Shown: positions 12,817 to 25,000 of the stretch, in pieces
Layout of the letters: the number at the start of each line of letters is the position of its first letter
How positions within the stretch are numbered: position 1 is the first letter of the stretch
NCBI RefSeq assembly: GCF_006345805.1
Contig: NC_043002.1
Location: 93,310,001 to 93,374,000, forward strand
DNA from: Octopus sinensis
Taxonomy: Eukaryota
Length of the DNA: 64,000 nt
Direction: 5' to 3'
Translations under genes and position numbers: made by a program
The notes under the pieces: generated by a model
Seen by the model: the letters and a program-made list of their open reading frames with translations, nothing else
Databases searched by the model: none
Told to the model about the DNA's origin: nothing

Positions 12817-13041
12817 GGCGATCTTTCGGTACAAGTACCATAACTGCCAATTATAAACCCACGTGGGTTTATTTATATTTCTGAAGAAAAAAGAAACCCT
12901 TTTTCCCCACCCTTAACCCTAATCCTAACTCTAACCCCCACATATATATAAAAAAAAAAACTTTACGGAAAGTGACGATCTTCTTCTTCAAATGTAAACA
13001 AACAGACTTGGCAGTTATGGTACTTGTACCGAAAGATCGCC
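12817..13041. mobile_element. MITE with 34-bp perfect TIR and 8-bp TSD (Merlin-like)
   Basis: TIR ggcgatctttcggtacaagtaccataactgccaa at both ends; TSD acgtttgg at 12809-12816 and 13042-13049. Confidence 0.9.
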
Positions 13042-13707
13042 ACGTTTGGCAACCTCCATGTGACTGAAGCCCACGAAATCTAAATACAGTACTTTCGCTT
13101 GGGAATTATTGGCAGCATACCTGACTGTTAAAAATGCAATTTTTATGCATGTTAGAAAGTACTGCTTTCTTAATGTAGCTGACAGGCCACCCGTATACAC
13201 ATTCTCTGTGATGCGTGATCGTTACTCCCCTTGAGAAGTTTGCTGTCGTGACTTTGCATTTCAATATACCACGGATGTACATCACATCACTGGTTTGGCT
13301 AATTCAGCAACGGACACACTTTTTCGAATACAGCCGAACACATTGCACACCATTGCCACCATTGATCTTCAATATGTCGCGCAGCTGATCAAGAAACTGA
13401 CAAAAAACTTGTAAAGCTATGTGAATAAAAGCTTTCGTTAGAACATTATTTATAGAAGAGGGATGACGTAAGACGTAAGAGGGCGACAACCTGTGAGAGA
13501 GAGGTGCGAAGTGAAGTTAAGATTGAGATGGAAAGTCAACAGAGCAGTAACGACGTCACGCAAGGAGAAGACTATAATTAGGTGTGACAAACAGTTACAC
13601 CGCACCTCGAGGCGTGTTAAAAGAGAATGTCCAAGAATCTAGACTGACCGAATTATTTGGCAATTACTTGTAAACGCACATTCATAAAATATCCTAATTT
13701 ACACTCG

Positions 13708-13891
13708 CAGACACGGCTGTGCAGTTAAGAAGTTCGCTTGGCAAACCACATGGTTTCGAGTTCAGTCCCTATGGGCAGCACCTTGGGCAAGCGTCTTCTA
13801 CTACAATCCCGGGCCGAGCTATGCCTTGTGAGTGAATTTGATAGACAGAAACTGTGGAAGCCTATCTTACGTGTGCGTGTAAACACACACA

Positions 13892-13930
<39 letters not shown>

Positions 13931-14125
13931 GTGTATGTATCCATTATTTGGCACCACGTCACCACTTAACAAATGATGATGGTTTGGTTAGGTCCCCATA
14001 ACTTGACGTTTCGGCAAAAGACAGCCATACAATAAGTATCGTACTTAGAAAAATAAGTACTAGGGGTCGATTTGTTGGTTGCTGTCCAATGATTGAAACA
14101 AGTGAAAGAAGATAAAAGAAACAAG
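13708..14125 (+). mobile_element. SINE family B
   Basis: cggctgtgcagttaag..gagttcagtccc..caccttgggcaag head, (CA)n centre, gaaacaagtgaaaga tail. Confidence 0.8.
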
Positions 14126-14682
14126 ACACATATAGACGCATAATCTTTAGTACCACGTTACCTTGCTTGGTAACTAGGTTACTAGGTCTCGATCTTTCTG
14201 ATTTTTGGCCATAAATCCGAGCGATCAACAACTGTGACAATAAAGATTGCCAACTATATCAACAACCGACACAACAACAGGAAATTAAAAAGCGAACAGT
14301 CTACCAAATGGAATATTGTCTTTCTCAAAGAGTTAACGTGCAGTTTTAGATGTAATCTTTTTTTTTTTTTTTAATATAAATCCTTCGTTTTATATGAACT
14401 TGTTATTTCTGAAATACTTAACATATTACTAGAAGGAACTATACGAGTAAGTGTATGTAAACCTACTTGCATTGGCATAATGATGGATTTAAAACAAAAT
14501 AAAATTAAGGCATTTCACCAGTACTCTTATGTTTTCTTTATGAAATTACCGAATATCACTTCAGCTCAATCTATTTTCATTTTTTAAAACTCTTAGACCG
14601 CATGTTAACTTCCAGAAGTCAAGTTACTATATGCTACACGTTAAGAGATGTGAGAAACTGAGAACGATATATTTCTTTTGTT

Positions 14683-14898
14683 TACTCTTTTACTCTTTTA
14701 CTTGTTTCAGTCATTTGACTGTGGCCATGCTGGAGCACCGCCTTTAGTCGAGCAAATCGACCCCGGGACTTATTCTTTGTAAGCCTAGTACTTATACTTA
14801 TTCTATCGGTCTCTATTGCCGAATCGCTAAGTTACGGGGACGTAAACACACCAGCATCGGTTGTCAAGCGATGTTGGGGGACAAACACAGACATACAA

Positions 14899-14951
<53 letters not shown>

Positions 14952-15115
14952 TACGACAGGCTTCTTTCAGTTTCCGTCTACCAAATCCACTCACAAGGCT
15001 TTGGTCGGTCCGGGGCTATAGCAGAAGACACTTGCCCAGGGTGCCACGCAGTGGGACTGAACCCGGAACCATGTGGTTGGTTAGCCAGCTACTTACCACA
15101 CAGCCACTCCTGCGC
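14683..15115 (-). mobile_element. SINE family B, full length and CpG-rich
   Basis: Reverse complement of complete head, (TA)n centre and (aaagagt)n tail. Confidence 0.9.
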
Positions 15116-15189
15116 GTTATAAGTCAAACATTAATTCTGTTAACTGCCCCAAAATCTGTAAAATGTCAATAAGATTAACTCCTGACGGA

Positions 15190-15525
15190 GGAGACCCCAC
15201 TTTGGTTATGAATGACCATGGGATTGCACCTAGAAAGTTGCCTTCCCAGGCACAAGCCAGGGCAAAATTGTTTGTGGAAGGTTAGCAGTCGCCCATACAT
15301 ACCAGCCACCCCTCTCCACACCACTGATGTTATCCAAGGGACAGGGAAAGGCCTATACAGCTTGGCACCAGTGATGTCGCAACTCATTTCTACAGCTGCG
15401 TTAACTGGGACAACGTGAAATAGTGTCTTGCTCAAGAACACAACACACAGCCCGGTCCGGGAATCGAACTCACAACCTCACAATCGTAAGCTTTATGCTC
15501 TAACCACTAAGCCATGCGTCTTCAC
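15190..15525 (-). mobile_element. SINE family E (tRNA-like head)
   Basis: rc gtgaagacgcatggcttagtggttagagc (A-box-like), gagttcgattccc (B-box-like), ttgagcaagacact. Confidence 0.75.
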
Positions 15526-15945
15526 AACTCCTGATGAGGCACCATATAAAAACATGCTTTCTCGTGAGGAATATCGGTAGTTTGCTTCACTCGGACCAGC
15601 TCTTGTGTCTTCATCGCTCTTAGAGTTGGTGTTGACGCCGTTGGTAGTGGTGGGTGCCGTTGATATGTCGGCGTAACATGACACTTGATTTTGGGGGACC
15701 TGATGGAACCATGTTGAGTGAATGCTCATAGTTCGCTCGTCATACTAATATAAATGTAACTTTAACAACAGTGAGAACAATGAGGAAACGACCCGAAATC
15801 CACTCAGTAAATCAAACATTTAGTAGATTAACGAAGCTTTCTGTTAAATGAATATGTTATGTTCAGGTTTATGTTGAGGTCGGAAGAAAGTTTGAAAATG
15901 AATTTGTGACGATCATAGAAACCTGAATTTGTAAGCTGAGTTCTT

Positions 15946-16232
15946 TCTTGCTTCAGTCATTAGACTGCAGTCACACTGGTGTACTGCCTTTAAGGGTTTT
16001 GTCGAACAAATATACCCCAGTACTTATTTTTCATTGTCGAACTAACTCTATCGGTTTGCTTTTGACGAATTGCTAAGTTACAGGGAACGTAAACAAACCA
16101 ACACCGGTTGTCTAGTGATGTGTGTGTTGTCACACACACACACATATGATGGGCTTCTCTCACTTTCCGTCTACCAAACCCACTCAGAAAGCTTTAGTCG
16201 GCCCGGAGCTATAGTAGAAGACACTTGCTCAA
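15946..16232 (-). mobile_element. SINE family B, partial
   Basis: ttcttgcttcagtcattagactgcagtc tail (rc), gtaaacaaaccaacaccggttgtc, tttccgtctaccaaacccactc. Confidence 0.7.
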
Positions 16233-16240
16233 AGTGCTAT

Positions 16241-16575
16241 CATTCATCATCATCATTGTTCGACCGTGGTCGAGACAATGAAATTTACCATGCTATGCCA
16301 GACTTCACAGTCCATCATAGCATTATGGAGGTCCTGTTGCTGGATGCCTGTATCCCTGGAGATTACATCAGGGTAGGAGAGTGTGCGCCCTCTGGTATCG
16401 CGAGTAGATGACTTCCAGAGGAGAAGAGTAGAAATTGCCTCGTTTTCAGCTCTACAACAATGTCCAGCAAACTGGACTCTCCTACCTTTCACAAGAGATG
16501 ACACAGGTGGTAGTTTCCCATATATTTGCATTTTGGTTGGATGACGCTTCCACGAGAGATTTTGAGCTCTCATAA
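16241..16575 (-). mobile_element. 3' end of an RTE-type LINE (distinct family)
   Basis: Translation LSWKRHPTKMQIYGKLPPVSSLVKGRRVQFAGHCCR..LLLW..RGRT is a typical RTE C-terminus; the stop is followed by a (TGA)n tail. Confidence 0.75.
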
Positions 16576-16839
16576 TTATTATCATTATTAGACCTCTTCT
16601 TTTCAATAAAATCCATAGAGTGGCTGCTCAAGAATTCAGATATATAAATCAACTATGATGTTAAACTACACCAAACTTTGGTAAAATTTTCCAATTAAAA
16701 CATAAAAATTACAAAGATAACATTGATTTTTACTGGGAGCACAAAGCAACATATTTTGGAGGTGGATGTAGTCAAATTATAATGACGCCAGCACACCACT
16801 GGTACTAATACTATGATACAGCCACCATGAGGATGAAAG

Positions 16840-16980
16840 CAGGGCCGTCTTAGCAGCATTGTAGGTCCCAGGGCTAATCTGTCACCTGGGTCCTATGATA
16901 TTTATTTATTGCTTGCAAGTCACATCAGAACTGGGCCCCCAGACCTGCGTGGGCCCCGAGTAACCGCCCTAAGAACACCC
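16840..16980. mobile_element. Possible degenerate hAT-like MITE
   Basis: Starts cagggccgtcttagcagcatt; related sequence at about 7357-7400; the right TIR is poorly conserved. Confidence 0.3.
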
Positions 16981-17120
16981 AATCACGCCTGCGCCTGTAA
17001 TATCCAACAGTTTTTAAGGAAAAAGAAATTACAATAAAACAACAGTACAAATATATAACTTTTTATTCACCGTGCTGTCTTCGCTATATACAATTCTGTT
17101 TTTTATGTAACTTTCTCCCC

Positions 17121-17185
17121 TGATTTTGACGAAGTACTATTGTCCGAAACGTTGATTTGGCCCACTGTTCTTCACAGCGTAATTA
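17121..17185 (+). ncRNA. Degenerate hammerhead-ribozyme-like motif (Penelope-type terminal repeat)
   Basis: (t)TGACGA-a-gtac[tatt]gtcc-GAAAC-gttg..cagc-GTA: stem III pairs, stem II has one mismatch, stem I is not supported, and core C3 is T. Confidence 0.4.
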
Positions 17186-17398
17186 TACACCTTGTATTCT
17201 TACTCGCTGCTTTGTTCTATTTTTCTCGAGACTTCTATAACATGTATCTAAGAAACTTAGGGGTAAAAAAAAACTTATCTCTATCCTTTGTTCCAGTATA
17301 ATAACGAAAGATAATGAGAATCAACATAAAAAGTCATCCTGCGATATTTTCTATTAATTGGTCAGGGATAGCAGTTTAATCTCCTCTATATCCGTTAT

Positions 17399-17685
17399 TG
17401 TGGAGGCGCAATGGCCCAGTGGTTAAGGCAGTGGATTCGCGGTTTCAATTCCCAGACCGGGCGTTGTGAGTGTTTATTGAGCGAAAACACCTAAAGCTCC
17501 ACGAGGCTCCGGCAGGGGGTGGTGGCGATTCCTGCTGTACTCTTTCGCCACAACTTTCTCTCACTCGTTCTTCTGTTGGCCAGCTCGCTTAGCCAGCGGG
17601 GTGGCATAATTTGAAGGCTAAAACTGCGAAGCGCATTGTGACCAGCGATGTGTAGCAACATCTGATAGCCTGGTCGGTCACGGTG
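17399..17685 (+). mobile_element. SINE family D, full length with TSD
   Basis: ggaggcgcaatggcccagtggttaag head; 11-bp TSD atatccgttat at 17388-17398 and 17686-17696. Confidence 0.9.
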
Positions 17686-19275
17686 ATATCCGTTATCAAT
17701 TGTTTAACATTTCAGCAATTCACGTCTGCTAAAGTGCTTTTTCTTCCCAGTTGTTTTTATATATTCAGATCTGAAATAAGAGCGTGTTTGTATTTCTCCA
17801 GCAGACCACACCTCCAACAGTTATAGTTAGCTATATATATACAGAATTAGAGATACATCTAATTTATCAACATTTTAGCTCAGTTTTTTCTTCGTTTCGC
17901 TACACCTTCCTACCTCACGAGCAAATTCCAGTTTCGAGATTGTTAATGACAGTACAGACTACTTAATATGTGAATAGTTGGCCTCAACAAGTGGTGTGGG
18001 AGGAGTCTGGACTAGCTGCATAAAAAATAAGTATCATACATGATCAATTTGACCTGTCACCTCTGCGTTAGTTCATGGTGCTTGTGTGTCACTTATGAGT
18101 ATCAGCGGTGTCTGAATGTAAATTCACTCGTTGGTTAGAGGAAAGAAAAAAATAACTAAAACAAAATAAAAAGTTTATTGCGTTGTGATAAATAGAAATT
18201 GTAATAGATAACATGTATCAGTGACGGCTTATCTACTCAGCGTGTACTGGTGTAGAAATATAGGTGTGTGCGCGTAAGTATGTAAATACAAATACATGTA
18301 TGTGTAGTTCAAGTCACCAATTGAATTATGTAGAAACTATGTTGAGATGTACTACAAAGTATAAATGCAGTATAGTGGTTTGTATGCGAGTGTGATTAAG
18401 TATGCAATTTTTTCGTAAAATCACCTAGTTAAAAAATTATTGTGCAGAAGTTAAAAGAAGTCATTTACATGTGGTTCTAATTTTATTAATCGCTTTGACT
18501 GACGTTGTTCCGGTTTGATTTTGTGGTAGGCAGTATGACTCAAGTCAGAAGTTTACCCAGAATCGTTGTCTATCGATAAATGTGTTGGACCTAAGTCAAG
18601 TAAGCTCTATTCTACTTGACCACTAACTGTTCGCGTGTTGACACTAACATTTCGCTTTACTTAAACTCTCATACATACATATTCGTTCGTTCACACACAC
18701 TCTCACGCCGATATATATTCTCACATAAACATACATATTCTTTCTGTCATTCACTTCACTGACACAAAATGGAAAGTTAATTCAATTATTTGCTCCTCAA
18801 AGATTTCTCTTCGACGAATTCACTGATAGTATTACTGGATTTTACCTCGCAACAGGTGCCGTATTTTTAAATATCTCTTTCAGTCTTTTATGCCTCTATT
18901 TTATTTTAAACATAGACCGTGTCACAGTTTCGGTTCCTGGTTGGAATCGCTTTTTTTCAGTCACATCGATAAATGTTCCTAGGGCCACTGTAGTCCATCT
19001 ATCCATCCACATTATGGATATTGGCCATGAAGAAATCATTATATAGACGAAGTGAAGTTTGTAGGAACAAGGGTTTTATAATTGAGGGAGTGTGTGCATG
19101 TTTCTTTGATTTGTTTGTTTATTTGTAATTAAAAAAAAGTTTACGTTTGTAGATTGTGCTTCTCCCTCCATACACACAATCGGGAAAAATAATAATAACA
19201 ATCAATCTTATGAATTACAAACGGATTTGCGCTAACATTTCGTTATATGTATATATAGACAGGACTGTTGTCGTG

Positions 19276-19535
19276 TTCAGGTACCTACTTGAAGGGTTTT
19301 AGTCAAGCAAACTGGCCCCAGTTTTTATTCTGTCGGTTTTTTTTTTTTTACCAAACTGCTAAGTTACAAGGACGTAAACAAAGCGGTGGTGGGGGACAAA
19401 CATAAACACAAAGACACACACATGCACATAGATATACAAATCTGCGAAATCTACTCACTATGCTTTGAGTTTGTCCGGGGCTACTATAGTATAAGACACC
19501 CAAGGTAACACGCAGTGAGACTAAAACCGGAACTA
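19276..19535 (-). mobile_element. SINE family B, degenerate
   Basis: ctgctaagttacaaggacgtaaaca and caaggtaacacgcagtgagactaaaaccggaac blocks. Confidence 0.65.
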
Positions 19536-19539
19536 TATT

Positions 19540-19710
19540 GTCGTTACGTTCTGAGTTCAAATTCCGCCGAGGTCAACTTTGCCTTTCATCCTTTCGGGGT
19601 CGATAAATAAAGTACCAGTTTCGCACTGGGGGCGATATAATCGACTCAATCCCTTCGTCTGTCCTTGTTTGTCCCCTCTATGTTTAGCCCCTTGTGGGCA
19701 GTAAAGAAAT
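19540..19710 (+). mobile_element. SINE family C, 5'-truncated, tail C1
   Basis: ttacgttctgagttcaaattccgccgaggtc..cctttcggggtcgat..tttagccccttgtgggcagtaaagaaat. Confidence 0.85.
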
Positions 19711-20589
19711 ATATATTGTTGGGAAGCAAACTTCTTACCGCTTGCTCTGTCTGTCTGTCTGTCTCTCTCTCACACACACGCACATTCGTTTTCGTATTTG
19801 TTTTCCTAGATTTTTTTTTAACGTGTGTTAAAGTAAATAGTATGATACGTTGGAAGGGTTAAGGTGCCAGTGAAAAACACGCACTGGCTGTATTTCACTC
19901 CACTTTTATTGTCAACCTCGATTTTTTTAACAATAGCACGAAGAAGGTGCATGTGGGACACGTCGCTTAAGCTGTGACGAAAGGCTTTAAACAAGTTAAT
20001 TCTTAATTCAGTCTTACCGTCTTTTGATAAAGAAAAGTCAGTGTTGGGGCAATCCGGGGCTAACGCAGATTCGCTTTGAAAAATGCATTTTTGTGAAAAA
20101 AATTCTTCAAATTCCTAGAATTTAGATGTCGGAGATTACGAATATGCAAAAAAAAAAAAAAAAAATCGTTCGGAGATAGAATCCGAAATGTTAGATTGCC
20201 TATTGTTGGTAATTATCATACAGGAAGAAACATCTGACTTTTATAAAGACAGTAAGTTGTGATTTGAGAGAGATTTGGCTGCTGTTACTAGCAGTTTGAA
20301 CGACCGATTTTGAACGGTCGTATATTACAGGTTGTAGATATTGTTAGACCTGTAATCAAAGACGTCTCAGACTTAACCATCTCGTCTTTTTTTAGGGGTA
20401 TATAGGATTACACTATGCAATGTCTCTTTTTATCAAGACTAGTTGAGGGAGATTTGGTTGCTATTGCTCGTCTTTGGAGTAACTACGTAGAGGCTTTAAT
20501 GTTCCGGCTGTGTCTGCTGTAATGCTGCAGTTACCTTTCGATCACAAGGTAGTAGTAGACTAATATAATCGATTGTGTCTGACGCAATT

Positions 20590-20838
20590 TAAAACGGCAA
20601 ACTGACAGAATCGTTACTTCGCTGGACAAAAATGCTTAACAGTATTTCTTCCGTTTTTATGATCCGAGTTCAAATGTCGCCGAGGTCGACTTTGGCTTTC
20701 ATCCTTTTGATATCGATAAAATAAGTATCAGTTGAGCGCTGGGGTCGATGAAATAAGTACCAGTTGAATACCGGGGTCGATGTAAATCGACTAGCTCGTC
20801 CCAACAAAATTTCAGGCCTTGTGCCTATTAAAAAAAAG
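20590..20838 (+). mobile_element. SINE family C, tail C2
   Basis: gagttcaaatgtcgccgaggtcgactttgg core; tail aaaatttcaggccttgtgcctat. Confidence 0.75.
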
Positions 20839-21219
20839 AATTACTATCAGTATTTAGTTATAGCCCTTAACATTTTAAGTTCGAATCACAAAGACATCAG
20901 CTTTTGCCTTTTATCCGCCGGGGCTCGATTTATATTCTTATAATGTGAATGGAATTATAATTAAAGACAAAGGGTTGTTTGTTATTCAATACGATAAATT
21001 TACTTTAGCCACTCTTGTAAACAAGATCGTAATGAAATTTCTTGAATAGCAATGAAGTTGGATTTTCATCTCTTTCTCCAAATACATTTATTTTATTCAA
21101 TCTTATAAGTTAAAATAGTTATGTGGTTTATTTTATTCGTTTTTTTAAACAGTTTTTGTTATGTCCACTCGTCTATGTGTTTCACTCGTATGTGCATTCT
21201 CTCGTGTGTGTATGTACGT

Positions 21220-21530
21220 CATTATCCAGTTTTATTTCAAGATTTGCCAATAGAGAAAGAGCTGGTTTCTAACCTCCATACAAGTTTCCTTCATTGGAAT
21301 TTCAACATCAACAGGGTATTTTTTGTATGTATGCGTGTATATGTGCAATATTTGGAGCCAGTGAATGTGCATATTTGTATGTTTTGCTTTATGTATGTAT
21401 TCTCATGCGTATGTATGTATGTCATTCAGTTATTTCAAGATTTTTTGCCAATAGAGAAAGAACCGGTTTCTAACCTAGATCCAAGGTTCCTTCATTGGAA
21501 TTTTAACATCTACAACAGGGTATTTTTGTT
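21220..21530 (+). repeat. Direct repeat of an about 105-bp module (two copies, about 200 bp apart)
   Basis: ttatttcaagattt..gccaatagagaaaga.c.ggtttctaacct..ttccttcattggaattt.aacatc..aacagggtattttt occurs twice. Confidence 0.8.
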
Positions 21531-21825
21531 TGTATGTATGTATTCCTGCCTGTATGCATGTATGCCTGCCTGTTAAGTGTTCCTGCCCCAACTTTCCTCA
21601 TAAATTTCTGATTTGTTTTGGAGAAGTTTCGCACCATTCTCTCTCTCTGTCTCTGACTTTGTTTCCTCATGACTCACTTTAAAGTGCGTCTTTTAAATGA
21701 CATTAAATGACATTTGCGTTTTCGAGTGTGTGCGCGCGAGTGCGCGCACGTCGAGTACAGACTTGTATGCATATCTCGATAATTTGAGTAAGTGTATATT
21801 TCCATATGTGTGTGTGTATGATACT

Positions 21826-22016
21826 CTTTACTCTTTTACTCTTTTACGGCCATGCTGGAGCACTGCCTTTAGTCGAGCAAATCGACCCCAGGACTTCTTC
21901 TTTGTAAGCCTAGTACTTATTCTATCGGACTCTTTTGCCAAACCGCTAAGTTACGGCGACGTAAACACACCAGCATCAGTTGTCAAGCGATGTTGGGGGG
22001 GACAAACACAGACACA

Positions 22017-22054
<38 letters not shown>

Positions 22055-22193
22055 CATATAATATACATATATACGATGGGCTTCTTTCAGTTTCCGTCTA
22101 CCAAATCCACTCACAAGGTGCCACGCAGTGGGACTGAATCCGGAACCATGTGGTTGGTAAGCAAGCTACTTACCACACAGCCACTCCTACGCC
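21826..22193 (-). mobile_element. SINE family B
   Basis: rc of (aaagagt)n tail, (CA)/(TA) centre and head ..accacacagccactcc. Confidence 0.85.
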
Positions 22194-22850
22194 TTATGAA
22201 ATTTTTCCTTTATTATTTCCATGTCTCTGATTCTCAGTGCAAAGATTTTCTATTACAGCACAGGACAGAACATTTTGAGGCAATATTTTATGCCTGGATG
22301 TCCTTCCTGACACCGATTCATTTAGCTGCCTATATACACACACACTAACCATATTTACAACTTTTCTAATGTCATTCCAACAAATGATAATTTGACTTTA
22401 AAAAAATTAAGCTGATTCATGATATAAATTGTCATTTCTTTTTGGCAATTGGACTCCGTATCATTTTCATATCTTATGGATTTCTCTCTTACTTGAATGA
22501 AATATATGTTGTTTTGGGTTCTGGTTCAAATCCAAGCTACACCACATCCCTCTCAACTCGATGCGTCTCTGTTATAACTTTGTCAACTTCCTTCAAAACC
22601 TTAACCATTAGTTAAACTTGTACTTTGCCTTCTTTACTTCATTACTTTTGTAACGGTTGACAATTTATATTGTATTGTTAATTAACAAATCATTTCAACA
22701 TCATTTTAACTGTTTTGATACCAGTTCACCTAAGACTGTCCCTAGGTTTGTGGTACAAACTTCCTGCTTAACGTGATCAAAATTTAAATTTTCCATTAAA
22801 ATTGTATGTTAATTTATCTTCCAAACATTGGTTTAATAAAGACAAAAGTT

Positions 22851-23257
22851 GGATCTTTTCGGTTTGAATGGCAGTTTTTAACATAATTTCTAGGTAACTA
22901 GAAAATTTTAAACTTCGTATACTGGTAGAATGAGTTTATAAAACATCTTTTTCTTTTGGCTTTATTGAGAAAATTCTATAGTTTGTAAGATATTTGTTGT
23001 TGTTTTTTCTTCAATTTCAACCAATCACTGATGGCTATTGAGGTAAAAAAAACATTCTGTGCCGTATGAATATGTCAACTTGTTTAAGAAACAGATTGGG
23101 TTTATTTACATTTGTGAAGAAAAAAAAGATACCCTTCCCCCCACCCCTAACCCTAAAACAGATTGAAATGCAATAGATCGATACTAGGGTCATAATTATG
23201 GGTGACAATTTCATATGACACCACTAGAAAAAATTGCCGTTGAAACCGAAAAGATCC
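22851..23257. mobile_element. GGATC-family MITE, about 28-bp TIR, 8-bp TSD (Merlin-like)
   Basis: ggatcttttcggtttgaatggcagtttt .. aaaattgccgttgaaaccgaaaagatcc; TSD caaaagtt at 22843-22850 and 23258-23265. Confidence 0.9.
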
Positions 23258-23409
23258 CAAAAGTTATTTTACTACAGACTTCACTATATTCAAAATTAAT
23301 TGAAATACAGGTGTATTTCAAGAGAGATATGGTAACAACAGGCAACCTAATGGTTACTTTCTCCTATCAACTCAGATAGCTTTAACTATCTCTAATTGTT
23401 CCACTCCCT

Positions 23410-23705
23410 GGCTCTCTTATTCCAGCTGGACACCCTTCAGCATTTCAGTGTCATTGTAAAATTTCCATATTTCTTTCTTGTTATCATTTCGGTAACAGGT
23501 GTGTCTTTGACATTCCAGACACACTTCATGCCAATGACAAGCTGATTAGTGCTGACACATTTTATTGCAATTTGAAACATTCTGTCTTAGTGACAAATGT
23601 ATTGTTTGGCTGTCTTCTAGTTCGGTGAACCTATGTTTAGCTTTCTTCTTAGCCTCTAGGTACAGATAATTATCTGCTGCTTCATTTCTTCTCATACTTT
23701 CCAAA
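23410..23705 (-). pseudogene. Decayed RTE LINE ORF fragment
   Basis: Minus-strand translation includes YLEAKKKAKH and further RTE linker-like remnants, with stops and frameshifts. Confidence 0.45.
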
Positions 23706-23794
23706 TTTGTTTTATTTATATATATTTAAATATGTATATATTTCAAGGCAGTGCCTCAGCATGGCCACAAGTACAATGACTGAAACAAGTAAAA

Positions 23795-23947
23795 GATATG
23801 TATGTGTATACATGTGTGTGTGTGTATACATGTGTGTGCATGTATATGTGTGTGTATGTGTATACATGTGTATGTATGCGTGTTTGTGCGTGTGTATATA
23901 TGTGCATGTGTGTGTATATATGTGCGTGTGTATATTTTTTTCCGACT

Positions 23948-24032
<85 letters not shown>
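23795..24032. repeat. Compound microsatellite (TG/TA, CT, TA)
   Basis: Directly visible; it explains the stack of low-complexity ORFs here. Confidence 0.95.
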
Positions 24033-24034
<2 letters not shown>

Positions 24035-24223
24035 TACATGGGTATTATTGATAGACAAAGCATCAACATCATTAACATCATGTGGAAAACATGTTTAATC
24101 CACAATTTTGATTCTCTGTAGACAGAAAAAATAAGCTGTCAGTCTGACAAGATTTATCAAACCATCTTCAGAAATCGATTATCATATTTTCTGGCATGCA
24201 AATCGATTTTTTAAAGACCAAAA

Positions 24224-25000
24224 TTAGCAGAGGTACCTGGCATTGCCTGGTATAACTCGCAATGGAGTAGTTATTCAAATGAATCAAAAGACTTTCGTCA
24301 AACACGACTATAGAAGTAACAATTTACAGGTGTTGGCTCTAAAGAGGGCCTTTGAATATTCACTGTCAAATATCTCTGCAGTGGTGCCATCAACAAAGAT
24401 GAATCTGATGGTAACAATTTAATCTTGCTGGCCCTGAAGAGAGCCTTGGATCATTAACTCTTAAAAGTCTCAGCAGCAGTGCTGCCAGTAAAGACGAATC
24501 CAGTGATAACAATTTGTAGTTGGTGGCCCTGAAGAGAACCTTTTAATGTTCATTTTGAATTATCTCAGTGGCGGTGCTGCCAGCAAAGATGAATCCGATG
24601 GTAACAATTTAAACTTGGCCCTGAAGAGGGCTTGAATTGTTCACTCTTAAACTCAAGAACTGCCAACATATAGTTGACCATGGGAGAAGCACGGTTCTTC
24701 TAAATTAAACCTTACAACTGTCAGCACCTGACCCTGTGATTTGTTAATCGACATGGCGAAACTGAGCCGGAGAGGGAATTGCAGCCCTCTGAATGTGAAA
24801 GGAATGTCTTTACAGGATGGAATGAGAGGTATACTTGGTATGAAGACAGTATCCCCCCCTTATCACATCCTGTAAGTATAGTTGCCTCAATAATGAGGCA
24901 TCACCTTTTGTATGACCAGACTCATTCCAAATTCCTGAAGAGCAATAATTGTGGTGGCAATTCAGGAGTGAGTAAGAGAGTTAAGAAATTCTGTAGGGTA
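24224..25000 (-). pseudogene. Helitron 3' remnant: helicase motifs, 95-bp repeats and decayed CTAG end
   Basis: Minus strand YPTEFLNSL / IIEATILTGCDKG / IPFTFRGLQFPLRLSFAMSINKSQGQVL..EEPCFSHGQLYVG; the end reads a-ttag-cagaggtacctggcattgcctgg, a CpG-decayed form of the a-ctag..cccggcgttgcccggg type end. Confidence 0.8.
24318..24655. repeat. Diverged tandem repeat with an exact 95-bp period (about 3.5 units)
   Basis: aacaattt at 24318, 24413, 24508 and 24603; conserved ggccctgaagag and aaaga(t/c)gaatc blocks. Confidence 0.85.

Noticed and set aside
13290-13390. Minus-strand peptide QWCAMCSAVFEKVCPLL resembling a PRDM zinc knuckle (CxxC-x7-CxxH)
   Set aside because: The His is absent, a stop follows immediately, and no SET-domain exon was found.
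15493-15729. 78-aa ORF with coding-like composition
   Set aside because: It runs into a SINE, has no convincing donor and no recognisable domain; at most a weak exon candidate.
17399-17470. tRNA genes at SINE heads (B, C, D, E)
   Set aside because: A-box-like and B-box-like motifs run on into SINE bodies with TSDs; no complete cloverleaf or terminator is seen.
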